Shown here piece by piece: positions 61,630 to 64,000 of a stretch of DNA of 64,000 nt (positions are counted from its first letter, which is position 1; each line of letters opens with the position of its first letter). Made by a program: the position numbers and the translations under genes. Below the pieces are notes generated by a model. It was not told the DNA's origin. It saw only the letters and a program-made list of their open reading frames with translations, and did not search any database. This DNA is from an uncultured cyanobacterium (GTDB lineage Bacteria; Cyanobacteriota; Cyanobacteriia; PCC-9006; JAAUQQ01), in assembly GCA_963718615.1 (NCBI GenBank), contig OY970368.1, forward strand, positions 2,848,001 to 2,912,000, given 5' to 3'.

Positions 61630-62784
61630 CTAGAAAATATCAGCCGGATCAGCCTCTTGAACCTTACGGACGGCGATCGCCCCCGACACCACACACATCA
61701 CTACAGTCAAACAAAACACAATAACGCCTCGGGTGGGGGTCATATAGATGGGCAAGGCAGTGGCGTTATAGGTCATCTTGTAGAGTCCAATCCCCAGAAA
61801 GAAAGCCGGAACATAGCCAATCACCGCTAGAATCACTGCCTCTTGAAAAACCACCGAGAGCAAATAGCGATTGCGATATCCCATCGCCTTGAGCGTCGCA
61901 TATTCCGCCATGTGGTCGGCAACGTCGGTATAGAGGATCTGATAGACAATGATGCAGCCAACGACCCAGCCAATCATCGCTCCCAGGTTGAAAATAAAAC
62001 CAATGGCGGTGCTACTTTGCCAATAGTGACGCTCAAAGGCGACAAACTCTTCCTTGGAAAACACCTTAACGTCTTGGCTCGGCCCAGCAATCTCCGTGCG
62101 AATCGTTTCGAGCACCGCCTCCAGATTGGCTCCTGGCTCCAGCCGAATCAGGCCCACTTCAATTTTGCCTAAATCGCGATCAAAAATGCGTTGAAAATTC
62201 AAATCACTGGTGATGACATTGCCATCGGCCCCAAAGGATGCACCGAGGGCAAACAAGCCGCCCACAGTAATGCGCCGGGAATTGAGCTCCGTGACAACAG
62301 GAGCCCCGGAATCGTACAGCGTGGCGACCGGACCGAATTCATCCCGAGAGTCACGGTCGAACAAAACCACATCTGCCTTTTTAATCGGCTCTAAATCCGG
62401 CAGCATCGCCGCTGGAAAGACTCGTTCCGTCGGTTCAAACCCCATGACAAAGATGCCGCGAGTGCCCTGGGCGTCAGGATCCTTCCACAGACCAAAGTTC
62501 ATGTAAATCGGGGTCACTGAAGCGACTCCCTCTACCCCCTCAGCCTGGAAGAGCCGACGACGACTAAAGCTATCCATCGCAATCAACGAGGAGGACTGGG
62601 GACTCACCAGAAAAACATCCCCTTCAAAAGCCTGGTGAATCCGCACCGCACTTTCAAACAAGGCATCGCGAAATCCGAGCTGGATCAACATCAAAATCAC
62701 GGCAAAGCCAATCCCCGCCAACGCCACCAAAAGGCGGATTCGTTCGCGGATGAGCTGAAGCCAAGCGAGAGGAATCGCAAACAT
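61630..62784 (-). CDS. devC: DevC family ABC exporter permease
   Basis: IPLAWLQL..RLLVALAGIGFA..QLGF, YQILYTDV.DH..EYATLKAMGY, ADPADIF. Confidence 0.92.
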   Translation of the reverse strand: MFAIPLAWLQLIRERIRLLVALAGIGFAVILMLIQLGFRDALFESAVRIHQAFEGDVFLVSPQSSSLIAMDSFSRRRLFQAEGVEGVASVTPIYMNFGLWKDPDAQGTRGIFVMGFEPTERVFPAAMLPDLEPIKKADVVLFDRDSRDEFGPVATLYDSGAPVVTELNSRRITVGGLFALGASFGADGNVITSDLNFQRIFDRDLGKIEVGLIRLEPGANLEAVLETIRTEIAGPSQDVKVFSKEEFVAFERHYWQSSTAIGFIFNLGAMIGWVVGCIIVYQILYTDVADHMAEYATLKAMGYRNRYLLSVVFQEAVILAVIGYVPAFFLGIGLYKMTYNATALPIYMTPTRGVIVFCLTVVMCVVSGAIAVRKVQEADPADIF

Positions 62785-62907
62785 GGCAATGGGGAAGGGG
62801 AGAAGGGGTATGGGAGCGTTGAGCGTTTGGCGATGGAGATTTTCGGCAGGTCGTGATCTGAAAGATCTGTAGGATATGAAAGGTCTGAAGATCTCAGGTA
62901 TCGATTG

Positions 62908-64000
62908 TTAGGTATCGATGGTGACGCTGACCTGGAGGTTGGTTAGTCCTGCAACGGGCTTGCCATCCTCTAAACGGATTTTGACCTCAACCACCCGAGC
63001 ATCGGTATCGGCAACCGGATCAGAATTCAGCACATCTTTTTTATTAATTTGAAGACCCACTTCCACCACCCGTCCGGAGAGGGGACTGGCCAGGACCGGG
63101 CTGGTAATAATCGCGGCTTGGCCGGGGCGAACCTTGCCAATATCCGTTTCATAAACCTCGGCTTTGACATTCATGAGCTGGGTTTGGCCAAGGTCCAAAA
63201 TGCCCTTGCTGCCCACAGCTTCCCCATCTTCAGCATGCACTTCCAGCACCTGTCCATCGATGGGAGCCGTGACGGCGGCGGTGTTGAGCTCTACCTTGGC
63301 CTGTTGGAGTGTGGCGAGGGCTACTTGAACCTGGGCTTCAGCCTCCTTAATATCCTCCGGTCGGACTTGGGCCACACTGTTCACTTTTTGCCGAGATTGC
63401 AGCAATTGCTGTTCGCTTTCCCGCAGCCGCTGCTGAGCCTGGGCTTCCTGGGAACGGGCGCTTTGGAGTTGTCGGCGGGCCTGCTCCAGTTCACGCAATT
63501 TGGTCGCGAGGGCCAGCTCGTAGGAGTCGAGTTCGGCGGCGGCGATCGCCCCTTCCTGGGCCAGTTTACGATAGCGCTCAAAGTCCCGTCTGGCCTTAAT
63601 CACCTCCACCTCTAAGCGGGAGACCTGGGCCTCGACCGACGCCGCCTGAGCAGATTGGGAGGCCACCGCCGCCCGCTGCCCCTCAACGGCTGCGGCCTTC
63701 GCTTGGGCATCCGCCACCTGAGCCCCAATATCCCCCGGCTTCGACCCGGCCTTAACCTGGGCAAGCTGGGCCTGGACTTGGCGAACATTCGCCTCCGCCT
63801 TGATGGCATCTGCCCGGAGGCTGTCGTAGGAATCCATCACCGCCAGGGGTTGTCCCTGTTTAACGACCATCCCTTTTTTCACCAAGATCTTGAGGACACG
63901 GGAGTTACTGCCGTTGCGGCCCGAGGGCGGTGCAACATTGTAAACGCCCCCTTCCGGCTCAATCCGCCCTAGCGCCGTCACCCTGCGATCCACGACGGGT
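62908..64000 (-). CDS. devB: DevB family membrane fusion protein (5' end outside the window)
   Basis: VTALGRIEP, lipoyl-like half motifs, coiled coil, AEVYETDI, DARVVEVKIRL..LTNLQV. Confidence 0.9.
   Translation of the reverse strand, partial: PVVDRRVTALGRIEPEGGVYNVAPPSGRNGSNSRVLKILVKKGMVVKQGQPLAVMDSYDSLRADAIKAEANVRQVQAQLAQVKAGSKPGDIGAQVADAQAKAAAVEGQRAAVASQSAQAASVEAQVSRLEVEVIKARRDFERYRKLAQEGAIAAAELDSYELALATKLRELEQARRQLQSARSQEAQAQQRLRESEQQLLQSRQKVNSVAQVRPEDIKEAEAQVQVALATLQQAKVELNTAAVTAPIDGQVLEVHAEDGEAVGSKGILDLGQTQLMNVKAEVYETDIGKVRPGQAAIITSPVLASPLSGRVVEVGLQINKKDVLNSDPVADTDARVVEVKIRLEDGKPVAGLTNLQVSVTIDT

Larger units (their letters stand above)
1..64000. repeat. HIP1 octamer GCGATCGC dispersed throughout (many dozens of copies)
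   Basis: Examples at 30, 38992 and 45006; none seen between about 39000 and 45005. Confidence 0.95.

Overview
64 kb of a cyanobacterial chromosome, shown by the dense HIP1 octamer GCGATCGC and genes such as psbV, ftsH2, menG, cdv3 and devBCA. Most of it is housekeeping: priA, coaD, sppA, pdhC, aas, murA, tRNA-Leu(CAG), lpdA, trpC, moaA, a 7-gene Mrp/Mnh Na+/H+ antiporter cluster, ggt, gpx and rnd. The standout is an AT-rich island of about 6 kb (39.15-44.97 kb) in which I found no HIP1 site. It carries a type VII secretion-like operon: an EccC/EssC-like FtsK ATPase, two small WXG100-like proteins and a WXG100-headed 241-aa candidate effector. The ATPase 5' end is cut off by an IS1-family element joined to an IS5/IS1031 remnant. 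Other notable items are a TetR regulator fused to an apparently dead tyrosine-recombinase domain facing a delta-9 desaturase across three palindromic operators, an ATT start codon for murA, an NdhR/CcmR-type box before the mrp operon, a tandem pair of small paralogous orphan proteins and an internally deleted DUF4058 gene. All calls come from reading motifs by eye; no database searches were run.
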